In this document: positions 39,901 through 48,732 of the stretch, in pieces
How positions within the stretch are numbered: the first letter of the stretch is position 1
Layout of the letters: the number at the start of each line of letters is the position of its first letter
IMG/VR virus record: IMGVR_UViG_3300042542_002102
Coordinates: 5,676-69,675 of that record
Direction: 5' to 3' (one strand)
Length of the DNA stretch: 64,000 nt
Origin: a virus
Taxonomy: Duplodnaviria; Caudoviricetes
The notes under the pieces: model-generated
Databases searched by the model: none
The model's input: the letters and a program-made list of their open reading frames with translations, nothing else
What the model was told of the DNA's origin: nothing
Program-made: the position numbers and the translations under genes

Positions 39901-40379
39901 AAAAGCCTACACCAAAGCCTACACCAAAACCATCGCCAACGCCAAAAAAGCAGGTTGACCCAAATCCAGGAATTAAACCAGGAACAGGAGTTTACTCTGG
40001 AAGTACATTTATACCAGCACAAAAACTTGTTCCAGGAACAGGTGTGTATGTTGGAAGCAAGTTTGTTCCTCCACAATATAAATCTAAGGGAGGACTAATA
40101 TCTGGAGTATTGGGGAATAGTACATTTGCTCGTGGCACAGATACAGTTCCTGCAATGCTTACTCCAGGAGAGTTTGTAATGAGCAAGTATGCCGTACAGT
40201 CTTATGGTTTAGAAAAAATGAAGTCAATTAATAATGGATCATCAGTTGGCGACTCAGTGTATAATTATAGTATTAATGTTAATGTAGAGTCAGAAGCAAA
40301 CCCTGATGAAATTGCAAGGGTTGTTATGACACAAATACGAAGCGTTGAATCACAAAAACTTAGGGGGACTAGAATCTAA
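30996..40379 (+). CDS. Tape measure protein (3127 aa)
   Basis: TTG start with SD GAGGTG. TP901-type core (G...A..G.NALKS.L..M..P...L..LGI, RA..IE.LFGK). Long helical regions. Confidence 0.93.
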   Translation: MADVNANIGINFDTSNALAQLRQLQAGLSRFNQSLTQGNVAAMNAQKGLNSQLMQAINATGKFVATQKDVATSTSSFTQALEKNQLSMREYFRYTVAAATANTKTFKGMFAQEREIINRARKDRVKLLQSQYIQMQAANGDMIKVLQVIPKHLQMAGGKYTDYATRMQMAAQRQQFLNQLLKQGSTQLLNFGKNTQWAGRQLMVGLTIPLSILGSTAAKTFMEMEEAVLKFTRVYGDMTTSGDATNKAVADIQRLGKEFTKYGIAVKDTMEMAATAAAMGLQGDDLQAQVINATKLSVLGQVEQQQALETTISLQNAFGISAEQLAQKINFLNAVENQTVLSIEDLTIAIPKAGPVVKQLGGSVEDLAFFMTAMKEGGINASEGANALKSGLASMINPAKKTSQFLAELGINIKGIVDSNAGNLKGTVVGVARALDTLDPLNRARAIEQLFGKFQFARISALFQNIVKDGSQASRALDLAGASIEELAILSERELKKVEDSTGAKFKKAMENLKTQLVPVGKAFLQAVTPIVAFAGKILEKFNGLGEGTKKVIAIMIGVIGGLAPVALMTFGILANGVANLIKFFAMLRGGIAKLNGSNNVLGGGFDYLTNQQIENLAETNALHTSHSQLISTFNVEKAAVDSLAAAYGNASSQARALASNSPGLFNTVPGPAGAVSGLPKKFAQGGVVPGSGNRDTVPALLTPGEVVITKQTAKENPELVAALQNGSVMKYSRGTGKSPFSSDIIAKLFEQLGLNSQTDRLRMPVGVLEKRYSAAGNLAPKEVNHGKNAAGEMGQDPDYLQSEFGRDSMDENIRVPLERAGASAERASEVLAELESTLDEMVLAYDGTTSSWQAASDKALKAIEERTDLTNKEKEIIRQRIAPKKAEDFIIPSNPVVDVKPGRDGKPGEATMRDERTTEAYYAAEQKKRLKAKHPELSDDIDSMEFSHYPGSESMYGGRSKVESPVVNRTTVGPDGKTSKERLPLSEEQLAIIAKKRAEVEDYRIPKQEAELASVTPNVVASAEDKARAEAEGAKVGAAAAEGVRGPQGTDAGSPSRKGIKAGKEIAEGIVQGMQEGEAGVSAQSSRLGSSAVPTAAETQAKVDKMDLGNKAFYDDIDTPEMRDERQILKSQDRQRRKRGATGTVGGSSSASTSSSATVSLTGRTEAAAEQLAVSTEQAATAQSQVVQQIKDESRSRVTVKGNTINIGKAREEADRLSNEASNAEASAAKLRTEAAKWEEVAAREDGKNIYTAENARLLKKQADEAEIKAAELRIKAAEADIQATQLENGNVTPNEIVANGTVEQGDGLRRIVDDTENTAQSSEVVADQTEELAGVTQDAVNAQTENATNLSTGAQITNATTGNLNDVLQATDQTGLAQDQIADSSNNIANLNEQIEEQKRIENEELKKRNAALLASADGIIPEGSQSENKYIDPTKATPAQQAYDEVMGRDPGTNGPDDPGQIGYTRDKKGQFLFDPETGEPTTLTQSQLKKKKRGMRKEKVGKVSGKAAGALGTAAMVAGMAGAPPQVTAALGGAATVAQFAPMIAGMTGPQGVVAALAAVAAGAYLFNKHLNNMAAKAAQFAKDLSATRDGLKAIGEVSGKVGASEIMNKRRQRSQYGKYDEAVKVDDTFGKNFLGSEPGKKEKKLFQENVKQFGNDKAVSDLALKLATGVADGVLDSTQANSIAANLALELKDAKLEMQVIGQIQSLIGPDGKDLKDSPMEARINIMSKAQSRSTDLENQIAGKTGFGESSRKEVAALAALNMNNLELATMIADQVQVEYETQKKKLEAEKESTTNALQKFKLSEKIAELDAQNLKDTQFMNGMIADQINKNSISFSKVYSGSVWGKQAMREDAFFDASRSQVESTYKGTDQEDAAKKFLNKTERLSSDTTTGKYNASTGLTVKTGLGTAENAQRFQAKMEMLVGSKVLSPAEATGYMDLFSGKLNEMDFLLNASIQTRGAGKTKELFGIFAGFSAGGRKQATSIITNIVMQKKDPAEFDAIMETLKGIQVLDGNTIDFEILVKTVGLAGIEILKDQMSKVEDLKEKAKKDGKKAMDLDAVAAANPTMSAAIDALKNNEKYADKYKEFLESDIETQAEYLQKLASQFMYETTINDKSRDADIQYLAAQKAMNEAYLKGITIGTDAYTKILDKNVEALKKLSDADFAVEKLGIKSSKPVDAKIPGVGDIPGGGDKKNPLDFLEDLAMRIKNVRDGAFDATQPLKSMLAALNSKKAQKDISRIMDMFDGLQQRMLKMKVPKEFREMIMGMSAEDFKELANLKDKKAIFKFKKGKPKTKANIEGLTETGDGLMRFYREAQVGEAQLVNKETVSNIADQEKAFKMLMASGLSASDALKEVEDTAVASAIAAEVLGKSGSKEMKQYVEDLKKANSELARFELRQRMITANEEFKLLEQMPKLMTAMKGAGMSADQMAAALEDPELAKHLIEDLKDGKVDAKEIADYLNSIEAKKIIDIQVKYNAGKYGEAAQPGIDAAERLFAALESGIRNGVEGFSSDQNKIDVATIQKNNKLIAEAELKAAGFRHQIELINREIRGMERDIEMNYTRPIEEAAEQISDMERELEMNPIFGDRAIGKLNDENTKLSNDLAIMANQAEKINERYDKQAEALQKVADINDGIIAQQQSQLDLADALTQGDISAAARAMQSSRADQASRNQTGVMDALEQARTNEIEGLRGAESGLSQLQIAERQFVISQEIYKMENDPARLKIMADILALQDKIYDFEEGREAALLKIRDKEDAIYKINKEQLWPLEDSIADMQHQNDLAQRRLDIDVSNLTVLGKSRDQFEKIKAEIELSEVAAQNLTGVFGGMLAAIEAIRAKWAEVIAGIKAAQDLAAAQAVAAGIKATADADAAEVAAEEAAATAVTDPATTSKAAADAYAAALAKGHMDAAAKAAAGVSPSKLASGESGAIGAASIAAQLKDAQARLSNPSKAAIEKAERDAAAKKPTPKPTPKPSPTPKKQVDPNPGIKPGTGVYSGSTFIPAQKLVPGTGVYVGSKFVPPQYKSKGGLISGVLGNSTFARGTDTVPAMLTPGEFVMSKYAVQSYGLEKMKSINNGSSVGDSVYNYSINVNVESEANPDEIARVVMTQIRSVESQKLRGTRI

Positions 40380-41035
40380 TGGCAACTAACAGTTACATGT
40401 CTGGAAGAAAGAAGTATTCTAGACCACAAGCAATGCTATTTGCTGATAACCCTGGAACAAAGGTTGATGGTTTCTACATCCCAGACGGCAGTGAAATAGG
40501 GTCCTATACAGCCTCTGAAGGCTCCAATGGCGAGTTTTTAATACTTTCGGATGATAACAGATCAGACATTAATTTTAAGCCTACCAGAATTGAAAAAAGG
40601 GAGAGAATGATTAATGGCCGTATGAGGTCATATCATATTGCAGATAAACTACAGATAACAGCATCCTGGGATATGCTCCCATCAAGAGCATATGATACCA
40701 AGGCAGACTTTGATGCTAATGGAAATGCAGATATGCTTAAGACCGCATCAAGGACAAACCCTTTAGAATTTACAACAGATGGCGGAGCAGGCGGAGTAGA
40801 ACTTCTTAATTGGTATGAAAATCACAGAGGTTCTTTTTGGGTATATCTTTCTTACGATAAGTATACAAATTTTGAAGATACAGACACTAGCGAGATAGAT
40901 AATAGATTTAATAATATTAATAAATATAATGAGATAGTAGAAGTTTTTTTCTCAGACTTTAGTTATTCAGTTGTAAAAAGAAGCGGTTTAAACTTTGACT
41001 TTTGGAATGTGTCTCTTACACTGGAAGAGGCATAA
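40379..41035 (+). CDS. Distal tail protein (Dit-like)
   Basis: Follows the TMP. R.ING..R......K......W..L and W.VSL.LEE ending. Confidence 0.7.
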   Translation: MATNSYMSGRKKYSRPQAMLFADNPGTKVDGFYIPDGSEIGSYTASEGSNGEFLILSDDNRSDINFKPTRIEKRERMINGRMRSYHIADKLQITASWDMLPSRAYDTKADFDANGNADMLKTASRTNPLEFTTDGGAGGVELLNWYENHRGSFWVYLSYDKYTNFEDTDTSEIDNRFNNINKYNEIVEVFFSDFSYSVVKRSGLNFDFWNVSLTLEEA

Positions 41036-44000
41036 TGTTTCAAGACAAAGATTTATTAAATTATATAGAGACAAACTCTTCAGTTCAAACAAGATCATCA
41101 GTAATTGCTGAATGGAACATGAATATAGCGTCAAACATTAAGATGGTTGGAAACTATAGATACAGACCAACCCAGCAGGATTCCGCATACAGAACAATCC
41201 CAAATACTTTTGATCCATTAGAATCTAGTACAAACGGTGTAAAATATTACACTGGCGCAACAGATGCAGACATAAAAATAGATGGTGGATTTGATGACGA
41301 AGGTATTCCAACATCCCTGTATCCAGCAAAAGATAAAATGAAGATGTTGTACTCTTTAGAAAATTGTTTTTCATATCAACGCCCACGCAGCGGAATCAAT
41401 AAGGCAACATACCTTAATGGTAAATTTTTACATAACCCAAACATCAATATGGCTAAGAGACCAAGATACTATATGCCAGATAAAAAGGATCCATTTAAAT
41501 ACTGGACATCTTTTAGAACAGAAAGTGGTATTGAGTATGGAGTTGCCAACAAGACAGTAAATGGAAAGAATAGAATAGAAGATGCTTGTCCATTCGTGGT
41601 TTATAAAGAGCAGATACCAGCAAACAGAATAGTTGTAAAGATGCAAACAAATACTGGAGAGTTGGACTATGGAATATTCTCAAACTCTGCTGAAACATTT
41701 TTAGATCCCTATTTTGGAGAAAACAATAGAACTACTCCTAACAACTGGAAAATTCAAGTATTAAAAAATAATAGTTGGGTAGATGCTAAGTCTTTTTCTA
41801 GCAGTGACAAAAGAAAAGACGGCACAGCAGTAATAGGATCTGACGGATACGTAGAATTGTCTTATGGGTTAATAGTTCCAAGCGCATACTTAGATACATT
41901 TAATTTTATTAAAGAGATTTCCTCTGTACTGCTAAGGCCAGTCTCTGCAAATGAAGGAGATGCATTTTTGGTTGTACCAAATAGTACATCTTTGGGCACA
42001 TTCCACATATGGAGTAGAGGCACTTGGAAAACCTTTACACCAACATACGGGTGGTCTCTTGAAGATTCAGTTGTCAATGGACTCACAAGTTTTGTAACAG
42101 ATCTAACAAACCCACCATCTTTTGTTTCTAACAATGTTACAAAATATAAAGAGTTTGAGTATATTTCTGGCATCAGAATAGTTGTTGACTCAATGAATAA
42201 ATTTGATTCTACTTTTGATTTAATTGAAATATCTCCAAGGCTGACAGCAGACTTAAGCGATAGGGTAATGAAATACTCTGTAAACAAGAGTGCTTCCGAT
42301 TTAGGAGTAAGTGGATTACCAGTTGGACAACTACTCGCTTCAACAGGATCTATTTCACTATTTGATTTTGATGATGCTTTTCATTCAGATAACACAAGAA
42401 GCATAATTAGCAGGTATGTTTCAAAAAATATTCAAATAAAACTATACGAAGTTATAACAGATACACAGGGTATTGAATACTACATGCCAATAAAAACTAT
42501 GTACGCAGATGGGTTTCCAAAACTAAATAATCAATCAAAAGAAGTTTCAATAGAACTTAGAGATTTATATTTTTATTTTGAATCACAGACTGCACCACAA
42601 ATGTTACTGACTAATGCCTCTGTAAGTTCTGCAGTTTCTATACTTCTAGATTCAATAGGATTTTCTAATTATGTTTTTAAAAGAGTAGAGGGAGAATCAG
42701 AAGTAATAATCCCATACTTTTTTATTCCTCCAGAAAAAAGTGTTGCAAAGGTTTTAGAGGATATTGCTATATCAACTCAGACTGCAATGTTTTTTGATGA
42801 GTACAATAACTTTGTTATGATGAGCAAAGATTATATAATGCCGTCATTAGATCAAAGACCAACAGATCTTACACTTTATGGAACTACAGACTTTAGTGAT
42901 GATGGGGTATTAAAAAATAAAAAAACAAATAGCAAACTTTCTAATATTATAGAAATAACATCACAAGATAATGAAGTGTATAACGATGGGAAAATTGTAT
43001 ATACAACAAGATATATACAGAGATCTTTAGGAAGCATAAAGCAGGCAAGCCTTATAGATAATGAAAAAACTTGGATATATAAGCCAGTGCTTCTTTGGGA
43101 AGTTCAGGGAACTCAAAATACAAAATCTATCAATGGCGAAGTTGGAAACCAATCAACATATATGCTAAGTGCAATACCATTAAACTCAAACCTTTCTGCA
43201 AGTTTACCATCTGTAAAAAATAACAGGCTTGTAGATAACATAATGGACCTTGGAGAAGGAGTTTACTGGATAACCAGGTATAACGGATACTTCTACTCAA
43301 ACGGAGAAATTATTAAGTATGATGCAGTTCAGTATAATATTTCTGGTACTGGAGATGTCTGGATCAATAATGTTCAAGAGTACGACAAGTATTTTTCATC
43401 TTTGCCGTTTAATGGCAAGATATATCCAACAGGACTAGTTAGAATTTATGCAGAGCCAAATTACGAAGAAATTTCTGGTGTATCTAAACTTAAGAATGGT
43501 CCAGTTTCAAAGCATGGAAGAGGTCAGTTCGGAACACCAGTTTCTGAGCATGGGGCAGGTTTAAACCCTTATTGGTCAAACAATTCTAATGTTCGTGGAT
43601 GCACGATGCAGTCAAAGTACTTGTTTGATTTAAACCAAACAGCACCTGCAACTACTGTTGGACCAGCAGGAATAAATAACACTCTTGCACAAAAAACATC
43701 AAGAAATGGTATTATAAAAAACTTCTTAGCATCAAAGTATATCTCTGAGTCAGAAGTGAACGGAATGTTATCTACACAAGCAGGGACTGTACAGTCTTCG
43801 GCTTTAGTCATGAATGGTCCAGGGTTTACTACAACAGAATCACCAGTTGATTTTGTTTCCTACGTTTATAAAAAATTAGAAAACAAGTATAAGCATTTTG
43901 GGACTAGAATGAGAATTGTAGGCAAGGTTGAAAATGATGCAAATCGTGGACAAACTCCAGTAGGTGCATCAACATACTTTACTGTTCCAGGTACAACTCC

Positions 44001-45312
44001 AGAAAAAAGTATCAGTATCGTTGGAGGTTCTGGAGGGTTAGCAGTAATGATTAACCCAGAAAGTAATAACGGATACTACTTTGAAATTATTGCTTTGGGG
44101 GCCAACAACCTTAATGAGTCTGAGAAAAAAAATGTAAACAACGTAATGTTTTATAAGGTTAAGGCATCTGGAACTAATGCAATTCCTATCAAGTTATATG
44201 AAGGACTAACAAATATTGTTGTAGACGATGGAAGATTTACTGGTCAATACAGAATGTCAACAGAAGAAAACCCAACAGTATTTGACTTGTCCGTTGAGTA
44301 CCAAGATATTGGAACAAGAAGAAGATTTTTTCTATATATAAATAACAACCTAATTGCAACTGTTGACGACGAAGAACCTTTGCCAGCGTACAACAATATG
44401 GCACTCTTTGTTCGTGGATCATCAAGGGTAATGTTTGAAAATATATATGCACTTGCAAATAATTACTCACAAAATACTGCATTTAAAATTAATGCTCCAA
44501 TAGCATCAGCCTTTGGAGATTCTGAAATAAATGCAAATGATTCATTTATGAAGTATGCAATGAGCGGAGTAGTACAAGGAACTTATCTTGCAGGAATAAG
44601 TTCTGCTGAGCCACCTGCGTTTAGTATGTATTTTGAAGAATTTGGAACAATTATGAGAGAGGCTGCATCTTTTAACATTAAGTATGATAAGGCTTATCCA
44701 GCATTGTATGCAAAACTTTCTCCTACCTTTAACAGAATTAAAGGTTATGCAATTTCTGGATTTACTGCAGGATCTTACGGAGCAGAATTTTTAGTATTTA
44801 ACTCAACAGACACAGCATTAAGTTTAGATGAGAGCAGTGGAAACTATTTAAGAATCCAGGGAATTACCTTTACTCAAGAATCAGACAATGACTTAACTGT
44901 TGATGAATATTTCTCAAAGAATAGTAATTTGGCAGATCCAGAAACTGTAGGATCATCTTTGGTTTCTTATCCATTCAAAGTTGCAAAAGATTATGAAGAC
45001 ATAAAGTTAAGTCGCATGTCTTACGGCAAAAAAGATTTTAGCATAGAGGTCCCATATATTCAGTCTCACGATGCAGCAGAGAACCTAATGTCTTGGGTTA
45101 TTAAAAAAATAATGAAGCCAAGAAGATCTATGGGTGTTAAGATATTTGCAAACCCTATGATTCAACTTGGGGATATTGTTTCTGTAGATTATATTGATAA
45201 TGGAATAGACATGGTTTCATCAATAGAAAAAAGATTTGTTGTGTATAATATAGAGTATACAAGAGAAAATAATGGCCCATCAATGACAGTATTTTTAAGT
45301 GAGGTAGTTTAA
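41035..45312 (+). CDS. Tail tip / baseplate hub protein (Tal/gpJ-like)
   Basis: Follows Dit. L..IA......FFDEYN.F and C-terminal P.IQ....AE.L......NP.IQLGD.V.V. Confidence 0.75.
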   Translation: MFQDKDLLNYIETNSSVQTRSSVIAEWNMNIASNIKMVGNYRYRPTQQDSAYRTIPNTFDPLESSTNGVKYYTGATDADIKIDGGFDDEGIPTSLYPAKDKMKMLYSLENCFSYQRPRSGINKATYLNGKFLHNPNINMAKRPRYYMPDKKDPFKYWTSFRTESGIEYGVANKTVNGKNRIEDACPFVVYKEQIPANRIVVKMQTNTGELDYGIFSNSAETFLDPYFGENNRTTPNNWKIQVLKNNSWVDAKSFSSSDKRKDGTAVIGSDGYVELSYGLIVPSAYLDTFNFIKEISSVLLRPVSANEGDAFLVVPNSTSLGTFHIWSRGTWKTFTPTYGWSLEDSVVNGLTSFVTDLTNPPSFVSNNVTKYKEFEYISGIRIVVDSMNKFDSTFDLIEISPRLTADLSDRVMKYSVNKSASDLGVSGLPVGQLLASTGSISLFDFDDAFHSDNTRSIISRYVSKNIQIKLYEVITDTQGIEYYMPIKTMYADGFPKLNNQSKEVSIELRDLYFYFESQTAPQMLLTNASVSSAVSILLDSIGFSNYVFKRVEGESEVIIPYFFIPPEKSVAKVLEDIAISTQTAMFFDEYNNFVMMSKDYIMPSLDQRPTDLTLYGTTDFSDDGVLKNKKTNSKLSNIIEITSQDNEVYNDGKIVYTTRYIQRSLGSIKQASLIDNEKTWIYKPVLLWEVQGTQNTKSINGEVGNQSTYMLSAIPLNSNLSASLPSVKNNRLVDNIMDLGEGVYWITRYNGYFYSNGEIIKYDAVQYNISGTGDVWINNVQEYDKYFSSLPFNGKIYPTGLVRIYAEPNYEEISGVSKLKNGPVSKHGRGQFGTPVSEHGAGLNPYWSNNSNVRGCTMQSKYLFDLNQTAPATTVGPAGINNTLAQKTSRNGIIKNFLASKYISESEVNGMLSTQAGTVQSSALVMNGPGFTTTESPVDFVSYVYKKLENKYKHFGTRMRIVGKVENDANRGQTPVGASTYFTVPGTTPEKSISIVGGSGGLAVMINPESNNGYYFEIIALGANNLNESEKKNVNNVMFYKVKASGTNAIPIKLYEGLTNIVVDDGRFTGQYRMSTEENPTVFDLSVEYQDIGTRRRFFLYINNNLIATVDDEEPLPAYNNMALFVRGSSRVMFENIYALANNYSQNTAFKINAPIASAFGDSEINANDSFMKYAMSGVVQGTYLAGISSAEPPAFSMYFEEFGTIMREAASFNIKYDKAYPALYAKLSPTFNRIKGYAISGFTAGSYGAEFLVFNSTDTALSLDESSGNYLRIQGITFTQESDNDLTVDEYFSKNSNLADPETVGSSLVSYPFKVAKDYEDIKLSRMSYGKKDFSIEVPYIQSHDAAENLMSWVIKKIMKPRRSMGVKIFANPMIQLGDIVSVDYIDNGIDMVSSIEKRFVVYNIEYTRENNGPSMTVFLSEVV

Positions 45313-45806
45313 TGACAACAGACTCAGTGGCAAACCAGTCAAAGCCAGATATAAAGTCATCATCTTCAGCAGCAATTAAGCCTGCAACACCAGAACTAAT
45401 TGCTTTGAGCAATCCTCCAATGGACATAGACATAATGGCAGATATGATTTTTGAAAATATTGGGGGACAGGAATTAATAAATATATCAAGAAGCGACACG
45501 ATTAATGGGCAGGATGTAATTTATAGCCCTATAAAAAACCTTAAAGACTTATATATTCAGTACAATCCCAACAACATAATCAAACTAGAAAGCACCGCAG
45601 ACACATATTTTAAGAACTTTCCTATAAGGCTAGAATCAAAGTTGCCACCCTATGGAACAGGTCCAAGCGGAGAGATTGTTTATTTAGATCCAACCACAGG
45701 AGATCTTGTTATAAATATTTCCTCCCTTGACACTGATGAGCAAGTTGACGTTCAAATATTAAACAGTGGAGAGACACTTAATGGTACAATATATGGTGAG
45801 GTATAA
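45312..45806 (+). CDS. Tail tip-associated hypothetical protein
   Basis: Coupled ORF, synteny. Confidence 0.5.
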   Translation: MTTDSVANQSKPDIKSSSSAAIKPATPELIALSNPPMDIDIMADMIFENIGGQELINISRSDTINGQDVIYSPIKNLKDLYIQYNPNNIIKLESTADTYFKNFPIRLESKLPPYGTGPSGEIVYLDPTTGDLVINISSLDTDEQVDVQILNSGETLNGTIYGEV

Positions 45807-45809
45807 AAA

Positions 45810-46940
45810 ATGATAACTAATACAGGTAAGAATATTTTAGCCAAGTATCTTGTTGGGCAGGCTCCAGCATATGCATCATACATTGCTATTGGATGCGGAG
45901 CCAAGCCACTACCTTCGGATGGAGTCCTTGGAGATTATTCCGAAAAAAAGTCTTTAGACTTTGAAATGTTTCGTGTTCCAATAACATCTCGTGGGTATGT
46001 TACCGAGAATGGACAATCAAAAATTGTTTTTACAGCAGAACTTCCAACAGCAGAAAGATATGAAATAACTGAGGTTGGGGTTTGGTCTGCGGGATCAAAT
46101 CCAACAGCAGGTTCTTATGACAGCAAGACTATCTATTCTTTTAGCGGATCAGAAAATTGGGAATATCACAACGATAGTGGGTCAGTAGCAATTCTGCCAA
46201 TCTATGAACCTTTGGACTCAGGATCAAATCCTCCAAACAATATCATAAGCACAACAAGCCAAGTCTTTCAAACTAATGCAGACAATAGAATCTTTACAAA
46301 CCAAGAAAGGTCTTCTCGTTATGAAAGATGCAGATTTTTAAATAACATCATGGTTATAAGAGGAGACATGACAAATCTTTCTGTCTCATCAGGAAGACTA
46401 GTTGTTCCCCCAAACTCAAAACACATTCACTTGACTGGACAACAAATTGATTTTAATAAAAATGCACCAACAGACGATCTAAGGTTAGCATTTTCTGTAA
46501 TCAACAAAAATGGAGAGTCAACCGTTCATCCAGACGAAGTTAGAATGATGATTGAATTTGCAGAGTCAGATGTTCACGGTACTGGACAGTCGGCAAGGTT
46601 TGAAATAGTTTTAAAAGAATCAGACGCTGGAGTAGACTTTGCAACAAACAGATACTTCATATCAAAGAAAAAACTAGAAGAACTATACAAAACTACTGGA
46701 TTTACTTGGAGCGTTGTAGATGTTGTAAAAGTTTATGCTTCAGTAATTAAGAATGGGACTGTTTCTAGTGACTACTATGTTTGTCTAGATGCTCTAAGGC
46801 TAGAGAACGTAACATCTTCCAATCCAGTTTATGGTTTATCTGGTTACTCTGTAATCAAAAATTTAAATGCAGATCCAATAATTAAAAATGCAAATACAAC
46901 AAACCATATTGAGTTTAGGTTTGGGATGGATGTTCTTTAA
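45810..46940 (+). CDS. Baseplate/tail protein
   Basis: MITN.GK..LA..L......Y.A.G.G....L..E..R...I.EVG motif of tail-fibre-type N-termini. Confidence 0.6.
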   Translation: MITNTGKNILAKYLVGQAPAYASYIAIGCGAKPLPSDGVLGDYSEKKSLDFEMFRVPITSRGYVTENGQSKIVFTAELPTAERYEITEVGVWSAGSNPTAGSYDSKTIYSFSGSENWEYHNDSGSVAILPIYEPLDSGSNPPNNIISTTSQVFQTNADNRIFTNQERSSRYERCRFLNNIMVIRGDMTNLSVSSGRLVVPPNSKHIHLTGQQIDFNKNAPTDDLRLAFSVINKNGESTVHPDEVRMMIEFAESDVHGTGQSARFEIVLKESDAGVDFATNRYFISKKKLEELYKTTGFTWSVVDVVKVYASVIKNGTVSSDYYVCLDALRLENVTSSNPVYGLSGYSVIKNLNADPIIKNANTTNHIEFRFGMDVL

Positions 46941-47371
46941 TGTCAAACCCAGTTGTAAAAAAGGTTATCATAAAAAAAGAAGATCTTCCAGCATTCAATG
47001 GAACACAACAAAACTATTTAGTTAGATATAGGGTAGTCTCAGAAGATAGAAACAGGACATCTCACTGGTCGCCTTACTACTCTTTGACAACTCCAATAGC
47101 ATCGCAAGTTGCTTGCTCAGTAACTGTTTTATCAAATGTTATTAGTTTAGTTTGGCAGCATCCAGCATCGACAACATTTCAGCAGTACGATATATATATA
47201 AAAACAAATATAAAGGACTGGACATACCTTTCTAGTTCTTCTTCAACTCAATTCTCTACCCTTGTTCCAGCGGGAATATCTTCTTTTCAGGTTGCAGTGC
47301 AGGTACCAACCTACCCAAAGAGATATTTTACAAATGCTGCAATTTTTACATCAACACAGATAGCCGTTTAG
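46940..47371 (+). CDS. Tail-associated protein (FN3-like fragments)
   Basis: Y.VRYR.VS......S.WS and L.W...YDIY. Confidence 0.5.
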   Translation: MSNPVVKKVIIKKEDLPAFNGTQQNYLVRYRVVSEDRNRTSHWSPYYSLTTPIASQVACSVTVLSNVISLVWQHPASTTFQQYDIYIKTNIKDWTYLSSSSSTQFSTLVPAGISSFQVAVQVPTYPKRYFTNAAIFTSTQIAV

Positions 47372-47389
47372 TGGTATAATTAATATACT

Positions 47390-47833
47390 ATGGCAAAAAT
47401 ACCTTTACCTGAGCGTGGACAACCACTAGATGTTACATATATTTCTCAGTTAGCCCAAGCAGTTAATGATCTGTCATCTGCTATCTCTCCAGCAACATAC
47501 AAGTATACCTCTATCGATACACCAAATGCTGGAAGACAAAACATCAAGGGTAGTGAGGCTAGGGTTATTGGCGGATATGTACGTGTAGTTAATAGCGCAA
47601 CAATAACTGCTGGAGAAGAAAAACCATTTACATATTCTTTCCCTGGTGAATTTAAATACACACCAATTGCAACAGCAACAGCAATTAACACTGGAAACAC
47701 AGTTGCTGGTAAAAATGTCACAATTGTTTTAAAGAGTATAACAACATCTGGAGTTGAAGGAATTGTTAGATTCAATACATCTGGAGATGTATCTATTGAC
47801 GTTAACCTAATTATCATTGGCGTACCTAATTAA
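47390..47833 (+). CDS. Short fibre/spike protein with H-type-lectin-like C-terminus
   Basis: F...F...P..TAT...V......TTSG......VN.I.IG. Promoter TGGTATAAT at 47372-47380. Confidence 0.5.
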   Translation: MAKIPLPERGQPLDVTYISQLAQAVNDLSSAISPATYKYTSIDTPNAGRQNIKGSEARVIGGYVRVVNSATITAGEEKPFTYSFPGEFKYTPIATATAINTGNTVAGKNVTIVLKSITTSGVEGIVRFNTSGDVSIDVNLIIIGVPN

Positions 47834-48024
47834 TGCTAAAGTGTAAAAGATGTAGTGGGAGAATGTTTCTTGATAGACAATATAGCACAGTTGGTCACCT
47901 TGAAACTTATTGCATTTCATGCGGATCAAGAAGTTTTTATAACCCACCAGAAAGTTCTGCGGAGGGGTCATGGCTGTTAAAAAAGGAAGTATCGAGAGCG
48001 AAGGCTACAATGTCCTCCCTGTAA
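47833..48024 (+). CDS. Zinc-ribbon protein
   Basis: CKRC.G.M ... CISCG. Confidence 0.65.
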   Translation: MLKCKRCSGRMFLDRQYSTVGHLETYCISCGSRSFYNPPESSAEGSWLLKKEVSRAKATMSSL

Positions 48025-48512
48025 TTCCAGGGAATAAAAAGGTTTGGTTTTTAAATGGAGAACTTGTAAGAATCCATCACCTTAATAAATCTAATGGAAT
48101 AATGTCTGTTTATAATATTACAAAAGACCAGATCGAAAGTTGTTTAATTTCTGATTTTAAAAAGAAGCGTGAAAGAGCGTACACCGTTAGAGAGACTGCT
48201 GATTTAGTTAATCGTCATAAAAAATATATGCCATCATTAATGAAACGAGGAGTCATTCCATTTCCAACGGGATCTCAAAAAGGTGGAGCAAGAGGATTTC
48301 AAGTAAGATCATATTACTCAGAATCTCAGGTTAGAGAGATTCGTGATATACTTGCTACATACCATATTGGTAGACCAAGAAAAGATAATTTAATAACAAA
48401 CGACATCACCCCAAGCAAGCAAGAGTTGACACGAAGAATGGGCGATGGTATACTTACATATACGAGAACTGAAGATGGACGATTCATTCCTATCTGGTCT
48501 GAATCTATTTAA
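47970..48512 (+). CDS. MerR-like helix-turn-helix DNA-binding protein
   Basis: YTVRETADLV......L...G.IP.P......R.YSE..V..I. SD GGAGG. Confidence 0.65.
   Translation: MAVKKGSIESEGYNVLPVIPGNKKVWFLNGELVRIHHLNKSNGIMSVYNITKDQIESCLISDFKKKRERAYTVRETADLVNRHKKYMPSLMKRGVIPFPTGSQKGGARGFQVRSYYSESQVREIRDILATYHIGRPRKDNLITNDITPSKQELTRRMGDGILTYTRTEDGRFIPIWSESI
48426..48454 (+). promoter_or_regulatory. Near-consensus sigma-A promoter inside the HTH gene, facing the replication genes
   Basis: TTGACA-17 nt-TATACT with TG extension. Confidence 0.75.
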
Positions 48513-48525
48513 CGAAGGGTATGAA

Positions 48526-48732
48526 ATGGAAAACGAAGACACAAAGGTATCCGTTACACTTGGATACACACTTAACCTTGGAAACTTTCAATCACTAAGA
48601 CTTGATCTTGGCGTTGTTGATTCACGTCATAGCGGAGAAAATATCAATCAAGCCTTTGAAAGAGTTTACAAGTTTGTAGAAGACAAGTTAACTGAAAAGA
48701 TTAACGAAGCAAAGTCTGAAATCAACGAGTAA
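48526..48732 (+). CDS. Small conserved phage protein
   Basis: V.V.LG.TLNLGNF.S.R.D motif. Confidence 0.6.
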   Translation: MENEDTKVSVTLGYTLNLGNFQSLRLDLGVVDSRHSGENINQAFERVYKFVEDKLTEKINEAKSEINE

